Shown one piece after another: positions 1 to 14,000 of a stretch of 64,000 nt of DNA (position 1 is the stretch's first letter; every line of letters starts with the position of its first letter). The notes beneath the pieces were generated by a model, which saw nothing but the letters and a program-made list of their open reading frames with translations, was not told the DNA's origin and searched no databases. The position numbers and the translations under genes are program-made. Source of the stretch: Trichoplax adhaerens (lineage: Eukaryota > Animalia > Placozoa); NCBI RefSeq assembly GCF_000150275.1, contig NW_002060973.1, positions 62,001 to 126,000 of the forward strand, given 5' to 3'.

Positions 1-1
1 C

Positions 2-169
2 CGTCGTAATTCCATAGATACTATACGTCCTCCCGCACCAATAACAAGTAATGAAGGCGTTATTTTATCACGTTTGGATCCTAGCAGACCAACATCGACA
101 CTACAAATGCCGGCATTTTATCCTCATCTACAAGATAGTGAATCAGACTTACATCATGGCGAAGAATAA
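2..169 (+). CDS. 3' end of a gene entering from the left edge (RRNSIDTIRPPAPIT...DLHHGEE*); product unknown
   Basis: Open frame from base 2 to TAA at 167-169. Coding-like GC content drops sharply into AT-rich 3'UTR-like sequence afterwards. Confidence 0.65.
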   Translation, partial: RRNSIDTIRPPAPITSNEGVILSRLDPSRPTSTLQMPAFYPHLQDSESDLHHGEE

Positions 170-2816
170 ATTACTCTAATTATTTGCTGTACTTTTATGT
201 CTTAACTTACTTTTGACTATCTATGTTATGATGCATGAGCGTTTAAACTCTTATTATTGTAATCATCTTCATATATAAAAATGATACAGTACATTCTAAG
301 TTAAATTGTAACCTATAATTTAAATTATACTATTCATATTCAAAATCGATATAGTCAGCAGCATGTTGATATATGGAATTAATACACTGTGTACATTGTA
401 CACTATACTTAGAATCGATCTCATTTGATACTTCTACATCCGTATATCCTAAATTATCTTACTAATTATAATAATTACTTAGTTGATTACCAGGCGGTAG
501 GCTTTCAGGTAGTGAGTAACAAGTATATGAAATGATTACCGGTATTTATTAGCGAGAGCTTATGAAAGATTATTCCATACTTGTTGCTTAGCCTTTAGAA
601 CATTGATTTATTATGAATACCGTTGCAGCAGTTGAAATGATGATGGCCAGCCATCATTTCTATAATTAAATTTACTGCTACAACTGCTTCCGTTAATCCT
701 TCAAGTGTAAAACTTGATTTCTGCACCAGGACATAAAGTACAATATATCGTACTGCTTAACTATCATACAGCATCTTTTATTCTAGTGATATACTAATGT
801 AATGTTATTTCGCAATTATCATAAACTAACACTATCATAACAGCCACATAGTTCTGGTGCTTATGATTCTGTATGGGCTATATCTAAATTGATCTAATAA
901 TGATCATTTTCGAGTTTCGTTACAGTTGCCCAAACGATACACTTTTAATCAGTAGTCAATCGTATGATAATTTATGGCGTACTGTTTTTCAGCATTAACA
1001 TGTATAAATCTTCATTTGAACACCTGCGTCATTAGTATCAGTCAGTTAAGATTGCTATTATGCTATTTTATAGACCATGTAATTGGCAATTTTCTTTTTC
1101 TTTTTTAATTTATCAAATTAGCTGGATATCATAACACGTAATTCTTTAATATTAGATATTGCCAGATGCAAAGTAGATGAGCAAAGGCAGATTTTTTCAA
1201 ATTTATATTTGAAGTGTGTAGTAATTAATCATATCATAGGGCAATAATCTTATAACTGCAAGGCTATATCACTTGTTGTGACTTATAGACTCTGTAGCAA
1301 ATGCAAACAGATCAAGAAATCACGACGTGGGAGTATTGTATAACTTGCAATATTTCTCAGGTATAATCTCGACATATACCTTAACCTATAGTAATAAATA
1401 AAATTGAATGATGAACTGGAAATTAGGTCGTACCGCGAAAATTCTCGATTTAATGTAATGGATTTTAATTTCGCAAAGTACCAGTACAAGATCATCTTGT
1501 ATGTGGTAATATAATTAGTTTGGCAAAGAATTAGCAATTTATACAAGTTAAAATTAACTTGAGAAACTAGCGGCAATTTGCAATTGGCCGTAACGAATTT
1601 TTGTGTCCTAGGTATATGATGATATTATACAGCATCAATAATCAGAAATTCTGCAAGTTAATTAGTGCAAACTTCTTTAGTTAGCCCAAGGTATCTAGTC
1701 GCATTTATCGTTATAGGCGAGCATGCGGTACCGTACTTTATCACAGCCTTGCATTATTTATGCCAGATACGCATATTTTAGGAAGCAATTGATGGCGGTA
1801 ATTAAATATTTATTTTTTATTAAAAATTAATTCTATTGTATGTAAAAATACAGCTTTAATATTACATGTGATATATATGAGCTGTGCGCGTACGTATATG
1901 GGTAGAGGGAAAACATTTTTTAGAATTATTTTTATACATTATTATTTCGTGATATTTACACAATACTCGGCAATTTATTTATCTTTGCTTATGTGAAAAT
2001 ATGTATTACACGTATCACTACGATTTAGTATCCATTAAAAGCCTCATTTGATATCATAAGCAAGAGCCGGTGTAGTAGTCTACGTCAATTCGCTAGATTA
2101 GCGTCATCGCATAAGGAAGACTAGTTTTGAATAAAATTTTAAAAATGTGAAAACTTAGAAATATCAACTAACCGTTCCATTTCAAGTTTAAATTAGGGTG
2201 ACCAATTTTTAGTATTATACCGTAGCTCGAACCGGATATCTTATTTAGATATTTAAGCGATCGCTCTATAACTTGCGATTTAAAGTATAACATTCAATAT
2301 CTACTAGATGTACTGGCGAATACTTTTACAAATTCATTTTGAGTTAATACTGTGTACACATTATCTTCACAATTGAAACAGTACTCATATTCAGAAAAAC
2401 TTATAGGAATATAAATTTGCACGTTGAGGAAATGCCTGCTAATTCAAAAGTTCGATAACTAGTGATACGATACTCTTGTTACTCAGTTAATAAACTATAT
2501 TATTGAATATACTGTACAATCAACAAACAACCAGCATCTAATTAACAAGGCATTCATACATTATGTACATTTAGCATGGTCTTGTCCTGCTTTAGATTAA
2601 TTATGAAGAAAACACACTTAAGTAACTGGATGCTATCTTGCGAATCTCGATAAAACATAAAAAGCTTGCCATTATAATCATTTCATTCCCTCTAATTGAT
2701 AACTTCGTCAAATTTCGAGGCTATCATTATAATGTTATATGATTGATTATATATTCTCTTTAGCCTCAACGCGACTAGTAAATTAAGCAGCTTCCATTTT
2801 TTGTCGTTAATCCTTG

Positions 2817-3669
2817 TTAAACTTTCTGACTATTTATATTTTTTGCTTTATTGTTCGTCTTTCGAGAAGATCCTGCAGTTTTTGTAGTTGTGGACTCTGT
2901 TGCCTTGGATCCTCCAATAGTCTTAGTTTTCTTAGATTTCGTAACTGTCTTTGGTTTTTTGTCACCGTTGGAAATGCTATCGCCATTTTGAGTAGTTTGC
3001 TTCTCTACTTTGGTGTTGCTAAGACCAGTGTCAATTCTACTTGTCGCTTTTGCCTTTTTTTTACTTTTGCCTTCCCCTTTTTTTCCATTTACAGTATTAG
3101 AAGAGGTATTTGATGTTAAGTTGTTAGTAGAGTTGGGTTTTACAGATGGCTTTAAATATGGTCTGCTTTTATCTCTTCCTTTCGCTGCTTTAATAACGTT
3201 TTGCATGGTAATAACTTTTTGTGCTGCTTCACTAAAAGCATCATCACAGCTAACTTTTTGTCCTCGATGGTTTTTCTAAATGGACAGCAAGATAGAGAAT
3301 GATAATTTTTATAATAATTTGTTGCAACTTGACGTCTTCATATTAGTATCACTCGTTTGAAACTGTTTGTAGGTCAATGAGTACCTTACCTGATTACATC
3401 GACGACACAGATTGGGTGCATACATTTTTCCCGGAAAATCACCACATAAGCAGTTGATACAAAACCGAACTCCACAAAACTTACATCGATAAGTCTATAG
3501 TTAACAAATGATAGAAATGCTTCATTAGCATGCATATGTTTATTAATCTAAGTAGTCAATATCATGGCTTTTACTAGGATACATCCGCATATCAATGAAC
3601 AGTAATCGATTAAGAGGCTCTTATTTTATCATTGATGGTTCACATTTCTGAATGCTCCTTTACCTGCAT
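2817..3669 (-). CDS. Small (~189 aa) protein with an N-terminal Cys-rich, putative Zn-binding module and a Lys/Ser/Thr-rich basic disordered tail
   Basis: Manual model: exons 3669-3664 (ATG CAG|gtaaag), 3494-3390 (tag|TYRCKFCGVRFCINCLCGDFPGKMYAPNLCRRCNQ|gtaagg) and 3275-2817 (ttag|KNHRGQKVSCDD... running into ORF 2817..3206). Both introns are phase 0. The first exon is the least certain. Confidence 0.7.
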
Positions 3670-6600
3670 TGGTCACGGTACTTGTACTTATGTATACTGA
3701 TACTATTACCGTAAATTTAGAACATAGCTTGCGAAAATTATATTCTAATTCCATTAAAGTATCATGAGTTGGAATCTGCTGACAGACTAAATTGTTAAGA
3801 TATGGCTGCATACTGAGTATAGTATCAATTAATATTATCAAAATTCTCATTTGCACGGTATGGCGTACAAATTAGCCTAGTTATTGTATAATTAGATACA
3901 TACTATAATTGCGATACATTTACTACGGTATAAAATACTCAGAGTATCTGTCTCAGTGTAACTATCGTACAAAATTTAAAACATCATATTTCTAATTACT
4001 GAGCAAAAATATAGCATAAAATTGTCCATTTAGTTCATATTATAATTTCACTCTTTAACGACGTACTTTCTGTCTATTAAGCTGACTACGATAGCAAAAT
4101 ATATGTGTAAATATATATTAAAGAGACGTAAGCTGATAATGGCGCCACCCTTTACAGATGGTTTTTACATTTTTGCACGCTTTACTTTACCGTGTCTGTT
4201 TTCAGACAGCCCCACCGACACATAATGAAATCAGTTTGGCCTACCACAGTTCTTAGAGAAAGTACTTGCTAATGTTTTTATTTTCCTAAAGTTTAAGAGA
4301 AATGATTTATCACAACAGGCTCTCTATGGTCAATAGTTTACTTCTATTATTCTCCTATCTTCGATAAACGACGGAGAAAAAATTGACATTGCTACCATTG
4401 CATCATTATGCTCTATGTAATTGCTCCTTATTAAAAACTGTTTCTAGTCGAAAACTAATATCTCTCTTTCTATGATATATTACACCGTAACTAGTTTGTC
4501 TATTTTCGCTTTACAAAACATACCTTAAATCGTGCCCTGCTTAAAAGTGCCTCTTTTTTTCTCAGCACAGAATAGCCAGGCTATTTCATTGCGGAAATTA
4601 ACAGTGATATTGTTAAAAGCGCTTTATATTATCCAATCAAATCTAATAGCAGTGCTAATTAGCATTAAAAGCAGTTCAACACTTGTTACAACTGTATGAC
4701 TGTTTATGGTTAGTCTTCTTATTGTAGCTCTAATTTGTATAGGCTTTACTGCTAGCCACAGTTAAAGAATTGCCTAATTAATTATAATTATAATAAGAAT
4801 ATTTATTACAATTACAATAGTCAAGCATTGAATTAGTCTAGTTGCCAAGACGACATAAGCAAATTTTTCGTATCTAAAAATGAGTCATTTTGTTAAGGCA
4901 GGACCGTATCTAATCGATTCATCCATCAGTTGTAATTTGCGTTTTAGATGATGATATAATTATCAGGGTGATATATTCAAGTTATTGACAAACCGGGAGA
5001 CAAGATGTGTACAGCCTTTAACGGAGAAAATTTCGACGTAGTACGGGTGTAGCAAAATGACATAAATGCTTATCAGTACCGATGTGCGAAATCGATTATA
5101 TACAATTATAATGCTGTTAGGGTATGTTGCATTCGTATATGCTTCCGATATTAAGCAGCAGTTATATTATAATTAACCTAATGGAGATGTAATACTAGAT
5201 TTTCTTCGCTAGCTCTTTAAGTATACAAATTAATATCAGCAACTATTGGTAGTCCTTGTTAAAAGTATAAAGATTAACTCTATCCAATCTGTATTGTAAT
5301 TAAATTATAATTGCCGCTCAATAGCGTGATTATATAGGATAATTTAATCATAGTAATTAGTATTATGAATATACTTGTACCTATCAATTAAAACTACGTA
5401 CCATTTATGAAGTTAAATCTCGTAAATAACTCTTATGATTCAACACTATATTATATTGACTTGGTAATTAATCTTGCTTAATATTGGCACAGCACCAAGG
5501 CTACAAAAATCGAGGGTAAGCTTCGGTTTAAATTGTTTGAATGGTAAGTGGATGGTGAGAAGTTTGGTCTATACCAATCGACTACGTGAATTACTTAGAA
5601 ACTAATATCAAAAGTTTGATTAAAAGTAATGCAAGCTTATTTGCGTCTCATCAATAATGACAGTTTTACGTACAATTATCATCTAAGCTTAAATGAAGTT
5701 TCCTTAAATCGTCTCACAGTTTCGTTTGAATAAGAATTCGATAGTGCATGAAATAATTCAGTAGTCTGTCTGGGGCTGTGTGCGAGTATATATGAGCTAT
5801 TGTACACTATAATTCGATGGTTTTTGCTTACGTCTACTTTAAGCATGACCATAATCGAATATGACTATAAGTATGTACATAGCACAACTAGCATGTAAAT
5901 TTAAATAAAAATATCTTATTATTGACTCAAATAAGAAATTTAATGGAATACGAATAATACTATAAGCTCTTTCGGACTGTATACAGGGCACTGCATACAA
6001 CCTACACCGTATTATGATGTAATAAATAAATCTATATGTCCTCATCAAATCCCATAATATGAGACTGTTCTGTCAAGTTTCTTATATGTAGTCCTAGATC
6101 ACTTGCTGAGATACCGATAGGGTATTTTGAGTCACAAATATACCTTTTTGGCATATACCTTATATCACTAACTCTGCGTAGATGATACATTTCTCACGAA
6201 GTGTTACTTGATGAGACAGTTCAGTTGTTGAAGGATATTTACGAGATCCTTGCCCAATGCCATAATAAAGAAGTGCTATGCAATTCCCTATATACGGTAC
6301 AGTTCTAGACAGATTAGTGGATTACGTATTCCATTTTTGAAAATATATCGTTTTTTACCAAAGTATTTCATTTGATATGAAACCTTAACTTTAGCAAAGT
6401 AACACACTTCTCATGTAATATTATTAGAGTAGATTCTTAAAATTATTCAAAAGTCGACCTTCGACAACATAACTAACTAATATAATAACGTTACGTTGGG
6501 TATGTACTGTATAGTATTATCTTACCTGAGCTAACAATATATAGCATATTGTATACGTCGATAAAGAACATTTGCGATCGCAAATCGCAAAATAACAATT

Positions 6601-8005
6601 TGTTAATCTGTCATTCTTGCTTGTGATGGATATGCATAGAGGGAACTGTATCACATACACTCTGATATCATGCAATGGCCAAAGATATACGTTTTATAAT
6701 GATATAATTGTCTAATCTGATAATACTGGATGAGAGGTGTCCTATCTTGCTAAAATTCATAATATATTGCCATTTGTCGGTAATGTCTAATTATTACCGT
6801 AAAATAATTTAGTACCTAATTTACGGTTGTACGGAGGGAACTACTGCATTTCACCCATACTCATATCAGGGTATTTGGTGAAGATATTTAGTATATTCTT
6901 TCGCAATATAACATCTAGCTCAATATAAGTACGTAAATGAAGGTTCATTATTTTACCGATAAAGTTAACAGTATACTAGATACGGTGGTAATGTATATTT
7001 AATACCCTATACGTATGGGCATGTCCAACGTGATATGAATCCGTGAATGCGCTAAAAAACAACCCAATAAATACTCCTTTAGTATCCTATACCAATGAAC
7101 ACATAGTCAATTTGTGAGATAGTATGATGCTTTTACAAGAATTGATTGTTTTGTACTCTCTACTAGCTTTTGATAGCCGCTTATTTAAACTATTGTCATT
7201 CAAATGACTATTTATGATATTATACTGTCTTTCGACATGATGATGATGCTGTCAATTTTGGATTACTATTGGTTATATCTGTGCATGTGATATATTAGCA
7301 TAATGGTTCTGTATGTTGGTTTCTATGGATCACTAAGTCAACTTGTTGCTGTCTAAAATTACAGCAACTTTAAGAGTTTGATTTCAATTGCTATCCAACT
7401 ACAGCGTAATAAAATTTCTTACGGAACTTTATCAATGTATAAGAAAATTGTAAGACTTTAAGGTAGGATAGAATTGCACCGATTACTCTCTTGATTAAGG
7501 AAATCTTTTCATCGCGCATTAATTTCCTATCGCAGAGGCTTACTACGTTGATATTGAATCGGCCTCGTTAATTAAATTTAATTTATTACCTAGTTACGGT
7601 ACAACTGCTACAGTATCTGAATCATTATAACATTATAACCTTATAATACTAAAACAACAATTAGGAACTAGTTAAAGTTAGTACACTTTCCTTCTAGAGG
7701 AAGTGATCGTATTATAGAAAGAATTGAACGATCATAGAACAAGATTATTTTATGATAAATGAATGCAGTTGCTTTCCAAATACAAGAAAACTATTTAGCG
7801 TAGTATATGGTGAAGAATGTATACAGATTGTAGCTATTCAACATTCACTGACAGATACTCTATAAATGTGTAATGGCAGTATATCTAAATGATTTTCTTC
7901 TCGATGGCGCTCTTAAATGAGCATATAATTTCCTACTATCTATTGAATAATTAAATCTGACAGATGGAATATCGCTTGCTTCCTGTTTTTTTAGATTAAT
8001 AGCTT

Positions 8006-11000
8006 ATGTCTTCATTACGGCTGTCACCACTTAAGAGCCCTGCCCAATATGAGGGGTTATCGGCCGAGCTTGTATTTAGCAGTACGTATGAAACAAAATC
8101 TGATCAGTTTAATTTGAGTTTTTTACCGATAATAATGTCTTCACCTTCGGCTTAAAAATCAGAAAAGCCTCTCCCACTCGGGCTAGAAAACGAAAAAATT
8201 AAAGATCCAGCTATTACGGCGTCATCTTATAGAGTCACAAATCCACCTTACATGGCTCGATTACATAATCCAGATGGGGGTTGGATCCCAAGAAATAATG
8301 ATTTAGATCAGTTCTTACAGATTGATTTAGGTCGTCTTCGAGCAATTACAATGATTGCAACTCAAGGACAAATTTGTAAAGGTGTTAGCCAATGGGTTTC
8401 TTCGTACTGTATTTGGTATAAAGAGAAATCATCAGAAGCTAGATGGACACCGTACAAGGAGGGGAAAAAATCAACCAAGGTATGCTCATAAAAGATTATT
8501 AATATGAACTGATCATTATTGTAACATGCACCTAAGGGCTTTGTTACAATTTTAATAGATTTTTAAAGGTAATAGTGACTATAATTCCGTAGTCACACAT
8601 TTAATTCTACCCCCATTTAACGCCAGAATTATCCAATTTCGGCCATTGAGTTGGTGTTCACGCGGAATAGGAATGAGAGTAGAAATTTATGGACTAGATA
8701 GTTCATTAACCGGTGATTCAAAATATCGTTGACTATGCGTCAGTGATTGCATTACAGATGGATTGCAAGCCATGATATTGATTTTAATCGAGCTTTTAAC
8801 TGCAATTCGATCAATTTCCAACTGATATCGTTTATTCATGTATAATTATAATAGCAAGCTATTCTGTTAGCACTAAAGAAGAAGAATTAAAATGGGATAC
8901 CGATCTCCATGCGGTACAACAGACAGGTTACTTCGATTGGACTTATCACCGTGTCATGCAGGCAAGTTTATGCATTAATTAATCTTATTGATTTCATAAT
9001 ACGTCCTACAGTAAAATCTCCTTCCTGAGTACCAATAATGATGATTCAATTACTCTCTTGTACTGTAACAGGGAATCGTAAAAAAAAGCCCATACCTAAA
9101 AGTAAATCATAATTCATCAGATCCACCGAAAAGACTAGCGACTACGGAAAGGAGACGGTAATGGCTACTAGAACGTATTCCACTGATTTCTATTTTGCAA
9201 TGATCGAAGCAACTTATTAAATAGAAGATAAATTTTTCTCCTATTTCATTAGATTATCGAATAATTTAAAATATAAGCTGAACCATAACATTCCTACTCG
9301 TTCACTTCAAGATAGGGGGTATTTACAATACAGCGCAATTTTAATTTATCTAAGTCAAACATCGTCTCTAAAATTCATATACTGCTCAGGACACTGTCCA
9401 CGAGTCTGTTTACTGATGTTAATTGGAAGGAAATTGTTTTTAGGAAAGCACCTTTGGAATCCAATAAACATCAACATCAACAAGCGGATATTGTTCTAGA
9501 AGTACAAAAGGTATGTTCAAATTGTTTACTTTCTTGAATTAATTCGAACATCTTCTCAGTTTAGATTGTTCAATGCTTTAGTGTTCTTAAAGGTGCATAA
9601 TATTTTATTAAACAATTTGAGCTTTGATTTTCAACTTTGAAGTCTTTTATTTATTCGCATATTCTTCTTAGAAAGCTCAATTTTTCTAACAACTGTTGCC
9701 TTAAGGAAGTTTCTTTAAATCGAGTTAATCGTTGAATATTATTTTAAAATATAACAGCCAATTATTAACATTACCTATACTATTTACCGAGTTATATCAT
9801 TAAGCTCCATCTACCGTGATATTAGAGATGATTCGATATTATAATAAACCGTCATATAAAATATGCGTAGATAAATAAGATACTATCTGATCTTATATTA
9901 TAAAAATTAATTTTCCTGAAGTACTGTATATGCGTAAATACAAATAATGCCATGGAGTAAGGATGATTTGATAGATTACAAGACATCGATGATTCGTGGT
10001 ACAGGTCATCATTAATTACATCTTTGGTCATCACTTACAGCTTATCTATAATCTAAACCATATAGGATCATGTAAAAACTGTAAATGATCAAGCAAATAA
10101 GAATGTCTTCGATCCAAAGATGTATTTTACCGATGGAGACACTTATTATTCCTACACAAGTAAGTTATAAATTTCTAGAATGGGATTTACCACTTGCATT
10201 AAATTCATTTTTAATGTGCTTCTGCACTATTTTTGCTATACTGAATCTAGTTAGTCAGCCTGAAAGAGACATATACAGTGGTAGCTTGGATGTAGATCAC
10301 GAGAGGACAAACCATTGCGTAAAAATCGTTATAATTTCCAACGCATCAGGTAAAATTAATTATTTCGTCTATAAGAGCGCTCCTGCGATAGTATGGAAAG
10401 ATAGCAATGCCTAAGTTAATAGTAAATTTTTTACTATTAGATACGATAGAAGAAAGAAAAGCAATAAGAGTTGATTTATTCCAAAAGCTAATGTATTGCT
10501 GCCGTGAAAAGGGATTGCAACTGCAAATTATAGATTATAATTGGGAAATGCCAGAGATACAAAACTATGATCCTGAAATAGTTTCCATCATCCTTAACGA
10601 CATTAAAAAATGCAGTCAATCTAATTCTTCCAGTAACTTCATGGTAAATTTTAATAAAGCATAAAATATACACGCGATTGTGCTGACCGTGCTAACTAGA
10701 TTGAGTTGGAATCCAAGTTATACAGTAGATTCTACTCTTAAAAATTATTATTACTGTGTGTAACAGCTTATCGCTATCGTTAAAGAAGGAAATGAATTGA
10801 TATAATGTATTTTTTGTTTCAGATTATTGTAGGCCAAAAGTATGGTAAACGTTTGGTTCCTGATAAAATTAAATACGAAGAGTTTAAGTATTTAGAGGAA
10901 TCACTAGATAATCAACAGAAAGAATTTCTTAACCGCTGGTACATATATGACGGGTCAGATAAAAATAAGCACTATTACCTACAATTACACCTAAATGAAC

Positions 11001-14000
11001 ATTCCTACCAAGAAGGCACAGAAAAATCGCCAATGGAGATTCTACAGTCTTTACATAGCATCATCTATGCTGCCGCTATAAAAGCTATAAGAAGCAATAA
11101 TAACTATCATAAATTCATAACTTCCGGTAAGTAATTATTTAGATCAATGCAGTGCGATAACTTTCTATCCAATATATCCATTACGTCATTAGCATGAATT
11201 TATACCTGTACTAATTAGAATTATTACCATTTAGTCTTAGAGGCGGAAATTTTTGAAAGTATGGCAAATTTAGAAGATCCAAACAAATGTTGTATATGTT
11301 TAAACCGGGATTTTACTAATTTAAAAGTAAACGGTGGCTACACTAAAATACTCAATAACTATATTGATATGAGCGACGATAAAAGTGCTGTGGATAAAAA
11401 GGCTAATAAAATGTTAACTTCAATGAAAGAAAATTTGTTGCCAGAATTTCTGTCAGAGAAAAATATTATTCACTACCAATTGGAATGGGACGAAGATGGC
11501 GTTAACCCAGATTTCAACGGACAGCACAAGGATTACATGACATCATTCATTGAGCATGTCGAAAAGTTCGGTACAGGAGTTATCGAAAATATTAAAAATA
11601 CCTTTGACGAATTAGAAAATTACGACTTACTATCGGAAGATATTAAACATCATGCACGAATTCTTAAATATTATTGCCAATATTTTCGTGGAAGAAGGAA
11701 AGCTATTCAAGCCATTGAGGATTACTTGAGAAGGTATAGTCGAAGCCCACTTGTTATCCATGGACCAGCCGGCAGTGGTAAATCTGCAGTCATGGCTGTA
11801 GCGGCAAATATAACTAAAAAAGTTATATTTGCTAATACTATGGTCATTGTGCGCTTTATTGGAAGATCACCAGAATCATCGAGTGTTCGACTGCTTATTA
11901 ATAGTATTTGCCAGCAGATATGTAAGGTATATGGGCGTCGCATAATTGATGTTGAGAGGGTAAGTTTTCTTGTTAAACCAAAATTTTAGTACATCATTCA
12001 TCGCCTTGATTTGAAATATGTGAACTCTTACTGTTGAACAATATTCATTTATGACAATGCAATAGAGAACCCATAGTACCGCTACAATGCATATATTGGG
12101 GAGGCCTGTTAGAAAGAAACTAGTCTTCACTCGAAAATGTTTAATGACTATCGTGCGGAGGAATCTCTTGATACCTTCTTAATTTATCCTACTTTTAAAT
12201 TAATAAAATAATTTAACAATGGACCCTAAATCGTCTTACATTACAGATAGTAACTTAATTATAACTAGTCAGGACCCGTGGACAATCCAAGATCATGATT
12301 TTCACATTCTACAAATTTCATTCTTCACGTGTGTACTCCTACCTACTGTCTTCGCGTGATCTTGATGGCGTGCGTGCTAAGTTGTGCGTAAAGATTCCAA
12401 GCGCATAATGCTAGTATACTGATAATATACGCTTACAGTATTATCAAATTCGGGCTTGATATTCTCGTAATGAGACAAGAATAGTGCATAGCAGTAGGCA
12501 GTTTCATATTAAAGAAATAAATTGTGTATGAACATTTCGACACTTATTCATGTACTATTTCACAGATTCTTATCGTTTTATCCCTTCCGTAGAAGCGATG
12601 CCATGTACAATGGCATTGTTATTGTACATGGTATACGAATATTATCCAACATTGGACTTAGTATGTTCATAACAAGATAAGAATCAGTCATTTCAGTACA
12701 TTATCTTTTACTAATGGAAGTAAATTGTGCCTAATATATCTTGGCCATTTGCTCATAAGTATGACCTTTGCACACTTTTATGCCGTTATTATAAGTGATG
12801 TTATACGAATGCAAATAGTGCATTTTGATTCCTGGACTTCATTAGCTCGTCATAATATAAGAGTCAATATGTTATCAGTGTTTTGTCTTATATTAAGATA
12901 AAATTATATACAGAATATCTTGATTACTTGTTCATACACTGTTCTACAGCTCCTGCAGTTTTATCCCTTCATTAAAAATGATAATATGCACAAATAATAA
13001 CCTTTGTCGCAGCGTGCTAATACGAATTTTTTTTCTTCGGGATTGCTAGAACAACAAGTCCCTTAAAAGTAAACTACACGAGTGCCTGGCTATGCCGAGC
13101 TATTCGCAGCCATTAACCCTTTATCTTGATGGTTTGGATCAATTATCGAACGATTATGGAGAGCCAGATTTTGATTGGATACCTCGAAATTTACCGGATC
13201 ATGTCAGTATTATTGTATCAGCTACTAGCGAACCTAGGACTAGAGCGTTTGCAAAATTAAAGGTATACTTACGCATTTCCGATAGCTACATTTTAATAAT
13301 AGCATAAATTATAGATTTTTCTGCTTTTCTAAATCTAAAAGATATTCAATCGGTAATCTATAAATTCTTGCTTTCGATGCTTGAAATACATATAACACTT
13401 CTGTAGTATTATCGTAGATACGTAGTGAAACTTTCTTTGTAGTATAGCACCGTATCTTAATGGTAGCATAGCTTTTAGATTCATTTTGCTTTCTAAAACT
13501 TAAAGTCACTTTATAGTTACAACCAGTCAGCACGCGATAAATACTTGATTTTAGCGTAGGAATAAACATAACACTTCAGTATCATTATTGTAGTTGCGTG
13601 CCGGAGTATCAGACTATATGCTTAATATTTTAATAGCAATATAACTTGCAAATTCTTCTACTTTCCTAAATCTTAAAGACATCTAATTCTTAGAATCAAT
13701 CAATAGTCAGTAAATCCTTAGTTAGCAAGATTTCTGCAAATTTTGTACTAAAGGTCGATACGATACTGATGAACCGAGACAATAGGTAGCGGGATTGAGT
13801 ATAGATAACGCTAGCAGACCGCTCTATCCAAATCGAAATTGTTATCTTATAGTTTAAATAATACAGCCATAGTATAAGCTTGAAAGTTAAATCTATGCTA
13901 ATATTTGAAGTAAGTCGAATTAATGAGTGATCAGAGAATTTATTTCTAGATATCTATCGTGCTGCAATAGGATTTAGTTTAGAATGCTTGCTGTCAAAGA

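Noticed and set aside
2814-3279. + strand hydrophobic ORFs 2814..3113 and 3010..3279
   Set aside because: Antisense shadows of the Lys-rich minus-strand exon. AAA codons read as Phe/Leu on the other strand.
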